Part shown: positions 1 to 10,342 of the stretch, in pieces
Layout of the letters: each line of letters begins with the position of its first letter
How positions within the stretch are numbered: position 1 is the stretch's first letter
From: an uncultured Acidimicrobiales bacterium
GTDB lineage: Bacteria > Actinomycetota > Acidimicrobiia > Acidimicrobiales > JAHEJN01
Length of the DNA stretch: 64,000 bases
Reading direction: 5' to 3'
Assembly (NCBI GenBank): GCA_963700995.1
Contig: CAVOZP010000004.1
Location: 237,712-301,711, forward strand
The notes under the pieces: model-generated
Databases searched by the model: none
The model's input: the letters and a program-made list of their open reading frames with translations, nothing else
Told to the model about the DNA's origin: nothing
Program-made: the position numbers and the translations under genes

Positions 1-66
1 CAGGAGTGCGCCGGTAGCATTGTCGATCACTCGACGACTCCGACGTCTGGTCGGCCAGGGAGAAAC

Positions 67-1476
67 GTGAACGACGATACCGCTCTGCTTTCCGACGATC
101 TCGTCCAGCGCGCGCTCGGCGCGGCGCTGCACACCGGTGGCGAGTTCGCAGAAGTGTTCGTCGAGGACAAACGCAGTACGTCGGCCATGTTCGACGACGG
201 CAAGGTCGAGGAGCTCAGCTCGGGTCGCGACCGCGGCGCGGGCATCCGGGTCGTGGTCGGTGACACCACGGGCTTCGCCCATACCGCCGATCTGTCCGAG
301 AACGGCCTCGTCGCCGCCGCCCATGCTGCGGCTGCGGCGGCCAAGGGCGGAGACGGCGGCACCCGAACCATCGATCTCGATCGCCAGTCGGCCCCGCGAC
401 CCAATGAGGTGCAGGTTCTCCCCGAGACCATCGCCAAGGCGACCAAGGTCGAGCTGCTCGGCCGGGCCGATCAGGCAGCTCGAGATGCCGGGCCGGCCAT
501 CTCTCAGGTGATGGCCCGCTACGCAGACTCCCGGCGTCGCTTCCTGGTCGCCAACAGCGATGGCGTGCTCGCCGGCGACGATCAGGTGAGAACGATGTTC
601 TCGGTGAGCTGCGTCGCCAGCGGAGACACCGGCATGCAGACGGGCCGCGAGACGATCGGCCGCACGGTCGGTTTCGAGCTCTTCGACCAGTACGACGTCG
701 AGGAGTTGGCTCGCACGGCCGCCAACCGGGCTCTCACCAAGCTGGCGGCGGTACCGGCGCCGAGCGGCGAGATGCCGGTGGTGATCGGCAAGGGCGGCGG
801 CGGCGTGCTGTTCCACGAGGCGTGTGGTCACGGCCTCGAGGCCGATCTCGTCGGCAAGAACGCCTCGGTGTTCGCCAATCGCGTGGGCGAACAGGTCGCC
901 AACCCTTCCGTCACCATCGTCGACGATGGCACCATGCCCACCGAGTGGGGCGCCTACGCCTTCGACGACGAGGGACGTCCGGGGCAGCGCAACACCCTCA
1001 TCGAGAACGGGATTCTCACCGACTACATGTGGGATCTCCTGCGGGCCCGCAAGGCCGGTCGAGCCTCGTCGGGCAACGGTCGGCGCCAGAGCTACCAGTA
1101 CCTGCCGATGGTGCGCATGACCAACACCTACCTCGGCAACGGCACCGACGACCCCGACGACATCATCGCATCGACCCAGCGGGGCGTGTTCGTTGCCCAG
1201 CTCGGGGGTGGCCAGGTGAACACCGCCACGGGCGATTTCGTGTTCGGCATGACCGAGGCCTACCTGATCGAGAACGGCGAGATCACCGCTCCGCTCCGCG
1301 AGGGCAACCTCATCGGCAACGGCCCCGAGGTGCTCACCCTCATCGACGCCCTCGGCAACGACTTCGCCATGGGCTCGCCGGGCACCTGCGGCAAGGACGG
1401 CCAGGGCGTTCCCGTCGGCGACGGCACCCCGACGCTGCGAGTGACCAAGCTCACCGTGGGCGGCACCGCAGCTTGA
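67..1476 (+). CDS. tldD: TldD-family zinc metalloprotease
   Basis: 469-aa ORF with a GTG start just after GGGAGA. HEACGHGLE metal-binding motif and a TldD/PmbA-type C-terminus (GDFVFG...PTLRV). Stop overlaps the next start (ATGA). Confidence 0.9.
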   Translation: MNDDTALLSDDLVQRALGAALHTGGEFAEVFVEDKRSTSAMFDDGKVEELSSGRDRGAGIRVVVGDTTGFAHTADLSENGLVAAAHAAAAAAKGGDGGTRTIDLDRQSAPRPNEVQVLPETIAKATKVELLGRADQAARDAGPAISQVMARYADSRRRFLVANSDGVLAGDDQVRTMFSVSCVASGDTGMQTGRETIGRTVGFELFDQYDVEELARTAANRALTKLAAVPAPSGEMPVVIGKGGGGVLFHEACGHGLEADLVGKNASVFANRVGEQVANPSVTIVDDGTMPTEWGAYAFDDEGRPGQRNTLIENGILTDYMWDLLRARKAGRASSGNGRRQSYQYLPMVRMTNTYLGNGTDDPDDIIASTQRGVFVAQLGGGQVNTATGDFVFGMTEAYLIENGEITAPLREGNLIGNGPEVLTLIDALGNDFAMGSPGTCGKDGQGVPVGDGTPTLRVTKLTVGGTAA

Positions 1477-2819
1477 TGACCGACCAGCTTCTCGCCATCG
1501 CCGATCAGGTGATCGGTTGGGCCAACGACGACGAGCAGGTCGAGGTCGTGGTCGTACACGACCGCGACACGGAGGTGCGGGCCTACGAGGGAGACATCGA
1601 GTCGCTGTCGTCAGCCGAGAGCCAGGGGGTCGGCGTCCGGGTGATCAAGGACCATCGACAGGGCTTCGCCTCGGCGGGCACGCTCGATCCGACCGTGTTG
1701 GCCGAGACGCTCGCCGATGCCCGCGACAACGCCTCCTTCGGCACGCCCGACGAGTTCCTCGGTCTGGCCGAGCCCGACGGCGTTCCCATTCCCGAGCTCG
1801 CGCTGGTCGACGAGCGCCTTCTCGGGTTCGCACCGGAGGCAAAGGTGGAGATGGCGTTGGAGCTCGAACGTGCCGTTCGCGCGGCCGACGACCGCATCAT
1901 CGGTCTCGAGACCGCTGAATACGGTGACTCGATGTCGGCGGCCGCCGTGGTGTCGACCGCCGGCGTACGAGCCGTGGGCTCCGAGACGGCGGCGTTCCTC
2001 ATGGCCTACTCGCTGGCGGCCGACGGCGACGACGTGCAGACCGGCTTCGGGTTCTCGGTGGCCAAGGGTCCCGATGGTCTCGACATCGATCGAGCTGCCG
2101 CCGATGCCGCAGAGCGGGCCACCCGCCTGCTGGGCGCGACCAAGCCCGGCTCCGAGCGGCTCACCGTCGTGCTCGATCCCTTCGTCACCGCACAGTTCCT
2201 CGCCATCCTCGGCGGCACGCTCACGGGCGAGGCTGTGCAGAAGGGCCGATCGCTGTTCGCCGAACGATCGGGCGACTTGGTCGCCTCGCCGCTCATCACT
2301 CTGGTCGACGACCCGACCGACCCCGACGCCTTCACCGCCACCGAATCCGACGGCGAGGGTCTGGCGGCCCGCCGCAATCCGCTCATCACCGCTGGTGTCT
2401 TGAACGGGTTCCTCCACAACGCCTACACCGCACGCAAGGCGGGGGCACGCTCGACCGGCTCGGCCGTCCGCGGCTATTCGAGTACGCCCGGCGTCGGCTG
2501 CCAGGCCCTGGCCCTCACACCGGGCACCGCAACCCAGGCCGAGCTCATCGCCGACATCGACAACGGCCTGCTGGTGCAGGGTGTGAGCGGTCTGCACTCG
2601 GGGGTGAATCCGGTGAGCGGCGACTTCTCCACCGGGGCCGAGGGGCTCCGCATCCGCGACGGCGTGCTCGCCGAACCCCTACGCGAGTTCACGATCGCCT
2701 CGACGTTGCAACGGATGCTGCTCGATGTCGTCGCCGTCGGCTCCGATCTCGAATGGCTACCCATGAACGCCGCCGGGGTCTCGTTGGTGGTGGCCGACGT
2801 CACTATGTCGGGCGCGTGA
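1476..2819 (+). CDS. pmbA: PmbA/TldE-family protease partner
   Basis: In-frame ATG at 1476 inside ORF 822..2819; the part upstream of it overlaps tldD out of frame. C-terminal GVSGLHSGVNPVSGDFS motif typical of PmbA. Confidence 0.85.
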   Translation: MTDQLLAIADQVIGWANDDEQVEVVVVHDRDTEVRAYEGDIESLSSAESQGVGVRVIKDHRQGFASAGTLDPTVLAETLADARDNASFGTPDEFLGLAEPDGVPIPELALVDERLLGFAPEAKVEMALELERAVRAADDRIIGLETAEYGDSMSAAAVVSTAGVRAVGSETAAFLMAYSLAADGDDVQTGFGFSVAKGPDGLDIDRAAADAAERATRLLGATKPGSERLTVVLDPFVTAQFLAILGGTLTGEAVQKGRSLFAERSGDLVASPLITLVDDPTDPDAFTATESDGEGLAARRNPLITAGVLNGFLHNAYTARKAGARSTGSAVRGYSSTPGVGCQALALTPGTATQAELIADIDNGLLVQGVSGLHSGVNPVSGDFSTGAEGLRIRDGVLAEPLREFTIASTLQRMLLDVVAVGSDLEWLPMNAAGVSLVVADVTMSGA

Positions 2820-4159
2820 GCGACGAGCTCCTGGCTCTGGGTGATCGCCTGGTAGCGGCAGGGGAACCGGGCGAGCAGGTCGAGGTCGTGCTCTCGCGGG
2901 GCACCGGCACCTCGGTGCGGGCCTACCAGGGCGAGGTCGAGGCGTTCACCTCGGCCACCTCTCGTGCCCTCGGCGTGCGGGTCATCGTCGACGGACGGCA
3001 GGGCTTCGCCAGTGCCGGTTCCCACGATCTCGATGTCGCGATCGAGACGCTCGCCGAGGCCCGCGACAACGCGGCGTTCGCCGAGGTCGATCCGCACGTG
3101 GCCCTGGCCGAACCCGACGGTCGACCCGGCGTCGACGTCGATCCGTGGTCCGACGCGGTCTCCCGCATGACCGATGCCAACCGCATCGCACTTGCGATCG
3201 AGCTCGAAGCCAAGGTGCTCGGCGGCGACGCTCGGATCACCGGGGTGCGCACGGCGTCGTTCGGTGACGGATCGAGCGAGTCGGTCATCGTCTCCAGTAC
3301 CGGCATTCGCGTGGCCGGGCGTCACAGCCACACCGCGATGTCGGTCCAGGCCATGGCCGGCAGTGGCGACGACACCTCGACCGGGTACGGCTACGACGGC
3401 GGCCGCGACGTCTCGGCCATCGACGTCGACGCCATAGCCGCGGAGGCCGTCGACCGGGCGGTGACCATGCTCGGTGCTACCAAGCCCGATTCCGCCAAGG
3501 TCGCAGCGGTGTTCGAACCGCGCAAGACGGCGAGTCTGTTGGGAATCGTCGGCGGCATGTTGAGTGGCGACCGCAAGTTTCGGGGCCGCACTCCCTTCGC
3601 CGATCGCCTCGACGAGGTCATCGCCTCGCCGCTGCTGACCCTCGTCGACGATCCGACCGATGCGCGGTCCCTCTCCGCTGACAGCCACGACGGTGAGGGT
3701 CTGGCCACCCGCGCCAACACGCTCATCGACCGAGGGCGTCTGGCCAGATTCCTCTACGACACCGTCACCGCTCGTCGAGCGGGGACGGTGTCGACCTCGT
3801 CGGCGGTGCGCTCGGCCCGATCGACTCCCGGCGTCGGCGTCCAGGCGTTGATCATGCACCCCGGATCGGGCTCGCTCGACGACCTCGTGGCCGGCGTCGA
3901 CCGCGGCGTGTTCGTCTACACGCTCCAGGGCCTGCACTCGGGGGTGAACGCGGTGAGCGGCGACTTCTCGGTCGGTGTCGAGGGCCGCATGATTCGCAAG
4001 GGGCAGCTGGCCGAACCGATCCGGGAAGCCACCATCGCCTCCACATTGCCCCGCCTGCTGCTCGACATCTCTGCGGTCGCCGACGATCGCGAATGGCTCA
4101 CCTCGGGTGACGGTTTGTGCTCGATGGTGATCGACGGCGTCTCCCTCGGCGGCACCTGA
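2816..4159 (+). CDS. second PmbA/TldE-family paralogue
   Basis: GTG at 2816 overlaps the upstream stop (GTGA). Clear paralogy to the previous gene (QVEVV...VRAYxGxxE...GVRVIxDxRQGFASAG, GLHSGVNAVSGDFS). Confidence 0.85.
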   Translation: MSDELLALGDRLVAAGEPGEQVEVVLSRGTGTSVRAYQGEVEAFTSATSRALGVRVIVDGRQGFASAGSHDLDVAIETLAEARDNAAFAEVDPHVALAEPDGRPGVDVDPWSDAVSRMTDANRIALAIELEAKVLGGDARITGVRTASFGDGSSESVIVSSTGIRVAGRHSHTAMSVQAMAGSGDDTSTGYGYDGGRDVSAIDVDAIAAEAVDRAVTMLGATKPDSAKVAAVFEPRKTASLLGIVGGMLSGDRKFRGRTPFADRLDEVIASPLLTLVDDPTDARSLSADSHDGEGLATRANTLIDRGRLARFLYDTVTARRAGTVSTSSAVRSARSTPGVGVQALIMHPGSGSLDDLVAGVDRGVFVYTLQGLHSGVNAVSGDFSVGVEGRMIRKGQLAEPIREATIASTLPRLLLDISAVADDREWLTSGDGLCSMVIDGVSLGGT

Positions 4160-4995
4160 TGCCGATCGTGCACGCCATCATCCTCGGCGCGGTCCAAGGG
4201 TTCACCGAGTTCCTTCCGGTGTCGTCGAGCGGCCACCTCGCGATCGTGCCATGGCTGTTCGGATGGAACGACTTCGCCGACGACGAGATCCAGAAGGCCT
4301 TCGACGTCGCTGTACACGTCGGCACCCTCGTCGCCGTCGTCTTCTACTTCCGGCGCGATGTCGCCCGGCTGGTCGTCGGCGGTTGGAAGGCGCTGTTCCA
4401 CCGCCGGGAGCCGGTGACCGACGATGGTCGGTTTGCGTGGCTCCTCGTGTTGTCGGCGATTCCGGCGGCAATCGTCGGCGTGGCCGCCAACTCCGTGATC
4501 GATCGCCTCGACGACGAGATCGGGCTGATCGCGGTCATGCTCATCGTGTTCGGCGTGGTGCTGTACCTCGTCGACAAGTACCTGCCCAGTAGTCGCCAGG
4601 CCGAGTCGTTCCGCCTGAGGGACTCCGTGGTCATGGGACTCGGCCAGGCGCTGGCTCTGCAGCCGGGCGTGTCGCGCTCGGCGGTGACGATCATTGCGGC
4701 ACGAGGCCTCGGTTTCGCCAGGGAGAGCGCCGCCCGCATTGCATTCCTGATGAGCATTCCCATCATCGCCGGGGCCGCGCTCTACTCGGTCATCGACATC
4801 GGTGGGCCGTCGGGCATACCCGTTGATCTGCGCTGGGCCTTCCTGGCCGGCATGCTCAGCTCGGCGCTGACCGGATGGCTGGCAGTATGGGGTCTGTTGC
4901 GACTGGTGCAGACCGCGACCTTCGCCCCGTTCGCCGTGTACCGGGTGGTCGTGGGGGTCGGGGTGTTGGCCGTGCTCGCATCGTCATTCCGCTGA
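4159..4995 (+). CDS. uppP: undecaprenyl-diphosphate phosphatase
   Basis: ATG at 4159 overlaps the upstream stop (ATGA). GFTEFLPVSSSGHL BacA/UppP motif. Polytopic membrane protein. Confidence 0.9.
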   Translation: MPIVHAIILGAVQGFTEFLPVSSSGHLAIVPWLFGWNDFADDEIQKAFDVAVHVGTLVAVVFYFRRDVARLVVGGWKALFHRREPVTDDGRFAWLLVLSAIPAAIVGVAANSVIDRLDDEIGLIAVMLIVFGVVLYLVDKYLPSSRQAESFRLRDSVVMGLGQALALQPGVSRSAVTIIAARGLGFARESAARIAFLMSIPIIAGAALYSVIDIGGPSGIPVDLRWAFLAGMLSSALTGWLAVWGLLRLVQTATFAPFAVYRVVVGVGVLAVLASSFR

Positions 4996-5646
4996 GCGCG
5001 ACACGATCGCCAGGGTGATCGCGGCGGTCGGCACCGACGCCGCAACCGCGGCCACCTCCCGTCGATCGACGGCGAGCAGCGCGACCCCGTCGACGCTGTC
5101 GATCACCGCAGCCGCGCTGACGATTCGTCGGCCGCCGGCGGCGCCGGGTTCGACCAGGTAGGCATCGACCGACGCCCACACGTCGACCACGTCGCCGGTG
5201 GTGAGCAGACCATCGAGGTCGCCGGCGGGTACGGCGACGGCCACCCGGTCATCGCCGATCGATGCCCCGCCGAGCAGGCGCGCCGGATGGACGATCTCGC
5301 CCCGTTCGAGACGGGCGGCTGCGGTCGCGCCCGGGACGATGGCGGTGAGGAACCGATCGGGCAGCGCGACCGCAGGAAGCTCGATGGTGGCCACGTTGGC
5401 CGAGGTGAGCTGGTTGCCCGGTTCGATCGCCGTGGTCGTGACCACCACGGCATGCAGTTGGGCCCAGGACTCGCGCTGCGAGCTCGCTTCAGCGAGCAGC
5501 CCATGGGAAACGGTGGCTGTGGCCACGGCGAGCAGCGCGGCGGCGCTCCACCACACGGCCGGGCGGCGCAGCAGCCGGCGGAGCACCGAGGGCTGCCAGG
5601 AGCGAACCGCATCGACGGTTCGACGGGCGGTGAACAGGTGACGCAT
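4984..5646 (-). CDS. SAF-domain (CpaB/RcpC-like) membrane-anchored protein
   Basis: 220-aa ORF with an N-terminal TM helix (AVWWSAAALLAVATATV), followed by a SAF-like region (IEPGNQLTSANV) and a beta-rich C-terminus. Confidence 0.6.
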   Translation of the reverse strand: MRHLFTARRTVDAVRSWQPSVLRRLLRRPAVWWSAAALLAVATATVSHGLLAEASSQRESWAQLHAVVVTTTAIEPGNQLTSANVATIELPAVALPDRFLTAIVPGATAAARLERGEIVHPARLLGGASIGDDRVAVAVPAGDLDGLLTTGDVVDVWASVDAYLVEPGAAGGRRIVSAAAVIDSVDGVALLAVDRREVAAVAASVPTAAITLAIVSRSAE

Positions 5647-5724
5647 GGGACTTCCCGGGAATCGACCACCGGGGAAGCGCCGACTCTCACCATGCCACCT
5701 GATGGCGCCCGTGGCCAGGGTCGG

Positions 5725-6111
5725 TCAGTCGGTCGACTTCTTGGTGCTCGACGCCGAGCTCGACTTGGCGTCGGCCGATTTCGTCCCGCTCGATGTGGAG
5801 TCGGATTTCTTGGGGTCGCTCGACTTCGTGTCGGACGACTTCTCCGAATCGCCCGTCGACCCGGAATCATCGGACGACGAGGTCTTCTTCGAGCCCGAAC
5901 GACTGTCGGTCTTGTAGAAGCCACTGCCCTTGAATGTGATGCCCGGCGCCGAGAACACCTTCTCGACCTTGCCCCGGCCTGGGCTCGTGCAGCCCGCGGG
6001 GGAGTTGCCCGACTTCTTGGTCGGGCACTTCTTCAAGGCATCTTCGCTGAATGCCTGGAAGAGCTCGAAGTCAATGCCACAAGTGGCGCAGCGGTAATCA
6101 TAGGTCGGCAT
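5725..6111 (-). CDS. FmdB-family zinc-ribbon protein with Ser/Lys-rich tail
   Basis: MPTYDYRCATCG...KCP...C zinc-ribbon N-terminus typical of FmdB/CxxC_CxxC_SSSS proteins. Low-complexity Ser-rich C-terminus. Confidence 0.85.
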   Translation of the reverse strand: MPTYDYRCATCGIDFELFQAFSEDALKKCPTKKSGNSPAGCTSPGRGKVEKVFSAPGITFKGSGFYKTDSRSGSKKTSSSDDSGSTGDSEKSSDTKSSDPKKSDSTSSGTKSADAKSSSASSTKKSTD

Positions 6112-6145
6112 CGCCGGGCAGGATACCGAGCCGCATCACGACCTC

Positions 6146-6748
6146 GTGTTCGTGGCCGCCTACGATTCTGCCGTGAGCTTCGCCTGGGTACTGGTGCCCA
6201 TTGCCTACTTCGTCGGCACGTTCCCGTCGGCGCAGCTCATCGGCCGCCTGGTCGGCCACGATCCGATGGTCGAAGGGTCGCGAAACCCTGGGGCGTCGAA
6301 CATGACCCGATTGGCAGGGAAGTGGGCCGGCGGCCTGGTGCTGGTCGGTGATGTGTTCAAGGCGGTCATCCCCGTGGGGGTCGGCTACCTGTTCGGCGGC
6401 CGTTTCGTAGCGGTCGCGTGCGGCGCGGCGGTGGTGATCGGCCATGTGTTCCCCGTCCAGCGAGGACTTCGCGGCGGCAAAGGAGTTGCCACCTTCGGGG
6501 GGATGTCGCTGGTCGTGTGGCCGGTCGTCGGTTTCACCGCTCTGGTCAGCTGGGTCATCGTGGTGAAGGTCAGCCATCGGGCCTCGGTGGGTTCGATGGT
6601 GGCGGCGCTGATGGTGGTGGCCGGCACCGTGATCGTCGGTCGCCCACCGTGGGAAGTCGCGGTTGCCGGGGGCTTGGCCGGGCTCGTGCTCATGCGCCAC
6701 TGGTCGAACCTGGTTCGGCTGCTGCAGCGTCAGGAAGCGGCGATCTGA
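6146..6748 (+). CDS. plsY: glycerol-3-phosphate acyltransferase PlsY
   Basis: 200-aa polytopic ORF with the GSRNPGASN and GGKGVAT motifs characteristic of PlsY. Confidence 0.9.
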   Translation: MFVAAYDSAVSFAWVLVPIAYFVGTFPSAQLIGRLVGHDPMVEGSRNPGASNMTRLAGKWAGGLVLVGDVFKAVIPVGVGYLFGGRFVAVACGAAVVIGHVFPVQRGLRGGKGVATFGGMSLVVWPVVGFTALVSWVIVVKVSHRASVGSMVAALMVVAGTVIVGRPPWEVAVAGGLAGLVLMRHWSNLVRLLQRQEAAI

Positions 6749-6793
6749 TCGCCGGCTCGGAGTCGCCGCCCAGCGACCTCTAGGATCGCGGCC

Positions 6794-7993
6794 GTGATCC
6801 CACTCGAAGAAGCCCGCGCTCGAGTCCTCGCCGGCTGTCGTCGCCTGCGACCCGTCACGCTTCCGGTCGCCGAGGCGCTCGGCCTGGTGCTGGACGAGAC
6901 CATCGTCGCCGGCGAGGCGATTCCGCCGTTCCCCAACACCGCCATGGACGGTTTCGCGGTCCGGTCCGCCGACACGGTCGATGCGCCGAGGCGGCTCGAC
7001 ATCGTGGGCACGTTGGCCGCGGGTGCCGCGCCCGACGTCGAAGTCGGGGCCGGCCAAGCGGTGCGCATCATGACCGGTGCGCCCATGCCCCCCGGTGCCG
7101 ACGCGGTGATCATGGTCGAACTGACCCGTGCGTCCGACGACGGCTCGACCGTCGAGGTCCAGGCCACCGTGCCGGCGGGCAATCACGTTCGGGCCGCCGG
7201 TGAGGACGTCTCGCCCGGTCAGCTCGTGTTCGGGACCGGGATCGAGCTCGGACCCGGTCATCTCGGCGTCCTGTGCAGCCTCGGCGTGACCGACGTCACG
7301 GTGGTCCCCCGACCTCGGGTCGGGGTGATGTCGACCGGCGACGAGCTGGTTGAAGGGGCCGCACGACTTCAGCCTGGACAGATCCGCGACTCGAACCGTC
7401 GCACCCTGCTGTCGCTCGTGGAACGAGCCGGTGCCACTCCGGTCGACATCGGCCTGATACGCGACGACGAGGACGCCATCCGGTCGGCCATCGACACCGC
7501 GGTCGAGACCTGCGACGCCCTCATCACCAGCGGTGGCGTCAGCATGGGCGACTTCGACTATGTGAAGAAGGTGCTGAGCGCGACGGGCGACATGGCCTGG
7601 ATGCAGGTGGCCATTCGTCCGGCCAAGCCTCTGGCGTTCGGGCTGGTGGCCGACACCCCGGTGTTCGGGCTCCCGGGGAACCCCGTCTCGTCGATGGTGT
7701 CCTTCGAGCTCTTTGCCCGACCGGGACTCCGCCAGATGATGGGGCATGCCGCTGTCGTGCGCTCGCCGGTGGTCGGTATCGCCGATGCCGACCTGCTCCG
7801 GCGCTCTGACGGCAAGACCCATTTCGCCCGAGTGGTGGTGACCTACCACGACGGTGCGTTCCACTTCTCGTCGGCTGGTGGCCAGGGCTCGCACCAGCTG
7901 TTCGCGATGGCGACCGCCGATGCGTTGGCGGTGCTGCCCGACGGCGACGGGGTGCGGGCCGGCGAGATCGCAGAGCTCGTTCTGGTCGATTGA
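6794..7993 (+). CDS. moeA: molybdopterin molybdenumtransferase MoeA
   Basis: 399 aa with PPFPNTAMDGFAV and SGGVSMGDFD motifs and the MoeA domain order. Confidence 0.9.
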   Translation: MIPLEEARARVLAGCRRLRPVTLPVAEALGLVLDETIVAGEAIPPFPNTAMDGFAVRSADTVDAPRRLDIVGTLAAGAAPDVEVGAGQAVRIMTGAPMPPGADAVIMVELTRASDDGSTVEVQATVPAGNHVRAAGEDVSPGQLVFGTGIELGPGHLGVLCSLGVTDVTVVPRPRVGVMSTGDELVEGAARLQPGQIRDSNRRTLLSLVERAGATPVDIGLIRDDEDAIRSAIDTAVETCDALITSGGVSMGDFDYVKKVLSATGDMAWMQVAIRPAKPLAFGLVADTPVFGLPGNPVSSMVSFELFARPGLRQMMGHAAVVRSPVVGIADADLLRRSDGKTHFARVVVTYHDGAFHFSSAGGQGSHQLFAMATADALAVLPDGDGVRAGEIAELVLVD

Positions 7994-8065
7994 TTGGGTC
8001 ATCGGGCACCCGGGCGTTCTTCGTCCGCGTGAAGGTGGCTCGGCCCTAGCGGTAGGGTTCCGTTC

Positions 8066-10231
8066 GTGCAACGGCGGCTTGCTCTTCTCGTGGTGACGGT
8101 CCTGACGGCGGCAACCGTCGTCGCGGCAGGGGCAGCTCCGAATGCTGTGGGCCCCGACGACGAGACACCGACGGCCCGGTTCGCCACTGCCGGCTCCGAC
8201 GTCGACGGCGATCGCGTGGCCGACGAGGTCGAACTGGCGATGGCTTCCGACCCTGGCGCTCCCGTCGAGGTGGTGGTCGGGCTCGACGGCGAGGTCGACG
8301 CGTCGGTGCTGCGGTCTCTGACCGACCAGGTCGGGCCCATGCTGTCGCTGAATCCGCTGCCCAGCATCGATGCTTTCTCGGCCCGGCTCACCCCCGACCA
8401 GATCGAGATCCTGCGCACCGATCCGCGGGTCGGGGTCATCGAGTGGTCGTCGCCGGTGCGCGCCGCCAACTCCGAGGCGACGCAGTACGGCGGCGCCGAC
8501 GAGGTGGTCGACACGCTCGGCTACGACGGCGACCTCGACGGCGACCCGCTCGTCTACACCCCCGCCGACGGTGTCGCCGCCGTCATCGATACCGGAATAG
8601 ACGCCGGTCATCCCGACCTCGACGGCGGCAAGGTGATTGCTTGGCACAACAGCATCGAGGCGGTTGGCTACAGCGACACAACCAGACCTCCGTGCCCGCT
8701 CCAGTCACCGAGTGCTCATGACGACGACGCCGACGGGCACGGCACCCATGTGGCCGGCACGATCGCCGGTACCGGGGACGGATCGGCGGCCCAGCGCGGG
8801 GTGGCGCCGGGCGCCGCTCTCGTCGGCATAAAGGTGCTCGATTGCCATGGTGGCGGCGACATCTCACGCTCGTCGATGGCATCCAGTGGGCCATCGACAA
8901 CCACGACCTTTACGGCATCGAGGTACTGAACATCTCGATCGAGGGGAGCTCGTGCACCAATGGCACCGATGCCGCCAGCGCCATGGTGAATGCCGCGTTC
9001 GACGCGGGTCTCGCTGGTCGTCGTCGCTGCCGGGAACAGCGGTCCGGCCGCCTGCTCCGTCACCTTTCCCGGCACGGCGCTGCACGCGTCGACGGTGGGC
9101 GCGGTCGCCGACCCTGGCGAGGGTGGTTGGGCCATGGCCAGCTTCAGTGGTCGGGGCCCAACGCTGGATGGCCGCACGAAGCCCGATCTGGTGGCGCCCG
9201 GCATCGATATTCTCTCAGCTGACAGCGGCACCAGCGGATACTCCACCAAGAGCGGCACCAGCATGGCCACGCCCTTCGTGGCCGGCGTCGCCCTGTTGGT
9301 CCACGACGCCGGTCCCGGCCTCGACGCGGCCGGCCTGCACGACGCCCTCGTCTCCTCGGCGGTGAACTTCGGCGCCTTGCCCGTCCCGAACAACACCTAC
9401 GGCCACGGGCGCATCGACGCCGTGGCCGCCGTTCAAACGGCGCTCCCTCCACCTCCGCCGACGCCGACCCCGACCCCGACGCCGAGTCCACCACCGATCC
9501 CGACTCCCACCTCGACGCCCACTCCGACTCCACCACCGGCCCCGACGGTCACCGTGAACCGGGTGTTCGTCAGCAACGTGATCGCCACCGGTCCCGCCGA
9601 GTACGACTTCACGTTCGGTGATTCCAGCAACGAGATCCTCACCGGCGACTGGGACGGGCAGGGTCGCGACGGCTTCGCCCGACGCTCGGGCGCCACGATC
9701 GTCGAGGCTGATGAACGCGGCGCCTTGCTGCGCACGGTTGCCTTTGGCAATGCGTCCGACACGCTGTACCGCGTCGGCGATTGGGACGGCAACGGGACCG
9801 ACACCCTCGCCGTCCAGCGGGGCAACGTCTTCCACGTGACGAATTCGCCGACGGGCGCAGGAGCGACCGCCATCGGCTTCGGTCGAGCGGGCGACGAGGT
9901 GTTCGTCGGCGACTGGGACGGCAACGGAACGTCCACGTTCGCGGTACGGCGGGGCAACGTGTTCTCGATTCGCAACAGCGTCACCACCGGCGTCGCCGAC
10001 GTGGTGTTCGGCTACGGCCGGGCCGGAGACGAGGTGCTGGTGGGCGACTGGAACGACGACGGCATCGACACCTTCGCGGTACGACGCGCCAACGTCCTCT
10101 ATGTCCGCAACGACTTCCAGAGCGGGGTGGCCGAGAGGGTGTTCGGCTACGGCCGCGCCGCCGACACCCTGCTGGTCGGCGACTGGAACGGCGACTCCGT
10201 CGACACCTTCGCCGCCGTCCGCCCCGCCTGA
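8066..10231 (+). pseudogene. secreted S8 (subtilisin-like) peptidase with a Pro/Thr linker and C-terminal GDWDGNG (FG-GAP/VCBS-like) repeats; two compensating frameshifts as sequenced
   Basis: Signal peptide present. Catalytic triad motifs DTGID, HGTHVAG and GTSMATP are all found. The conserved block [10 protein letters not shown]...NISIEG...AAFDAG lies in frame 1 between about 8864 and 9010, whereas both flanks are in frame 2. Confidence 0.85.
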
Positions 10232-10342
10232 CTCGTCTGACTCGTCTGACCCCGTTCCATACCCTCTTTCTGGCGCGCGATGAGTACACCCCGGCACCCG
10301 GATCGCGCGCCAGAACGGGTGGTGGTGGGGGCGGTGTGCGAG

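Noticed and set aside
822-2819. 665-aa ORF that could be read as one large protein
   Set aside because: Its first 218 codons overlap tldD in another frame and are Arg/Pro/His-rich GC-shadow sequence. The real gene starts at the ATG at 1476, which overlaps the tldD stop.
6098-8647. Very long antisense ORFs: this 849-aa one, plus 14969..16627, 17748..19538, 45602..46645, 54559..55830 and 62666..63835
   Set aside because: They lie opposite well-supported genes and have Arg/Gly/Pro/His-rich composition with no recognisable motifs. These are typical stop-codon-poor shadow ORFs of a high-GC genome.
10229-10255. 2.7 copies of the 9-bp unit CTGACTCGT right after the S8 stop codon
   Set aside because: Too short and simple to interpret, and there is no associated structure or ORF.
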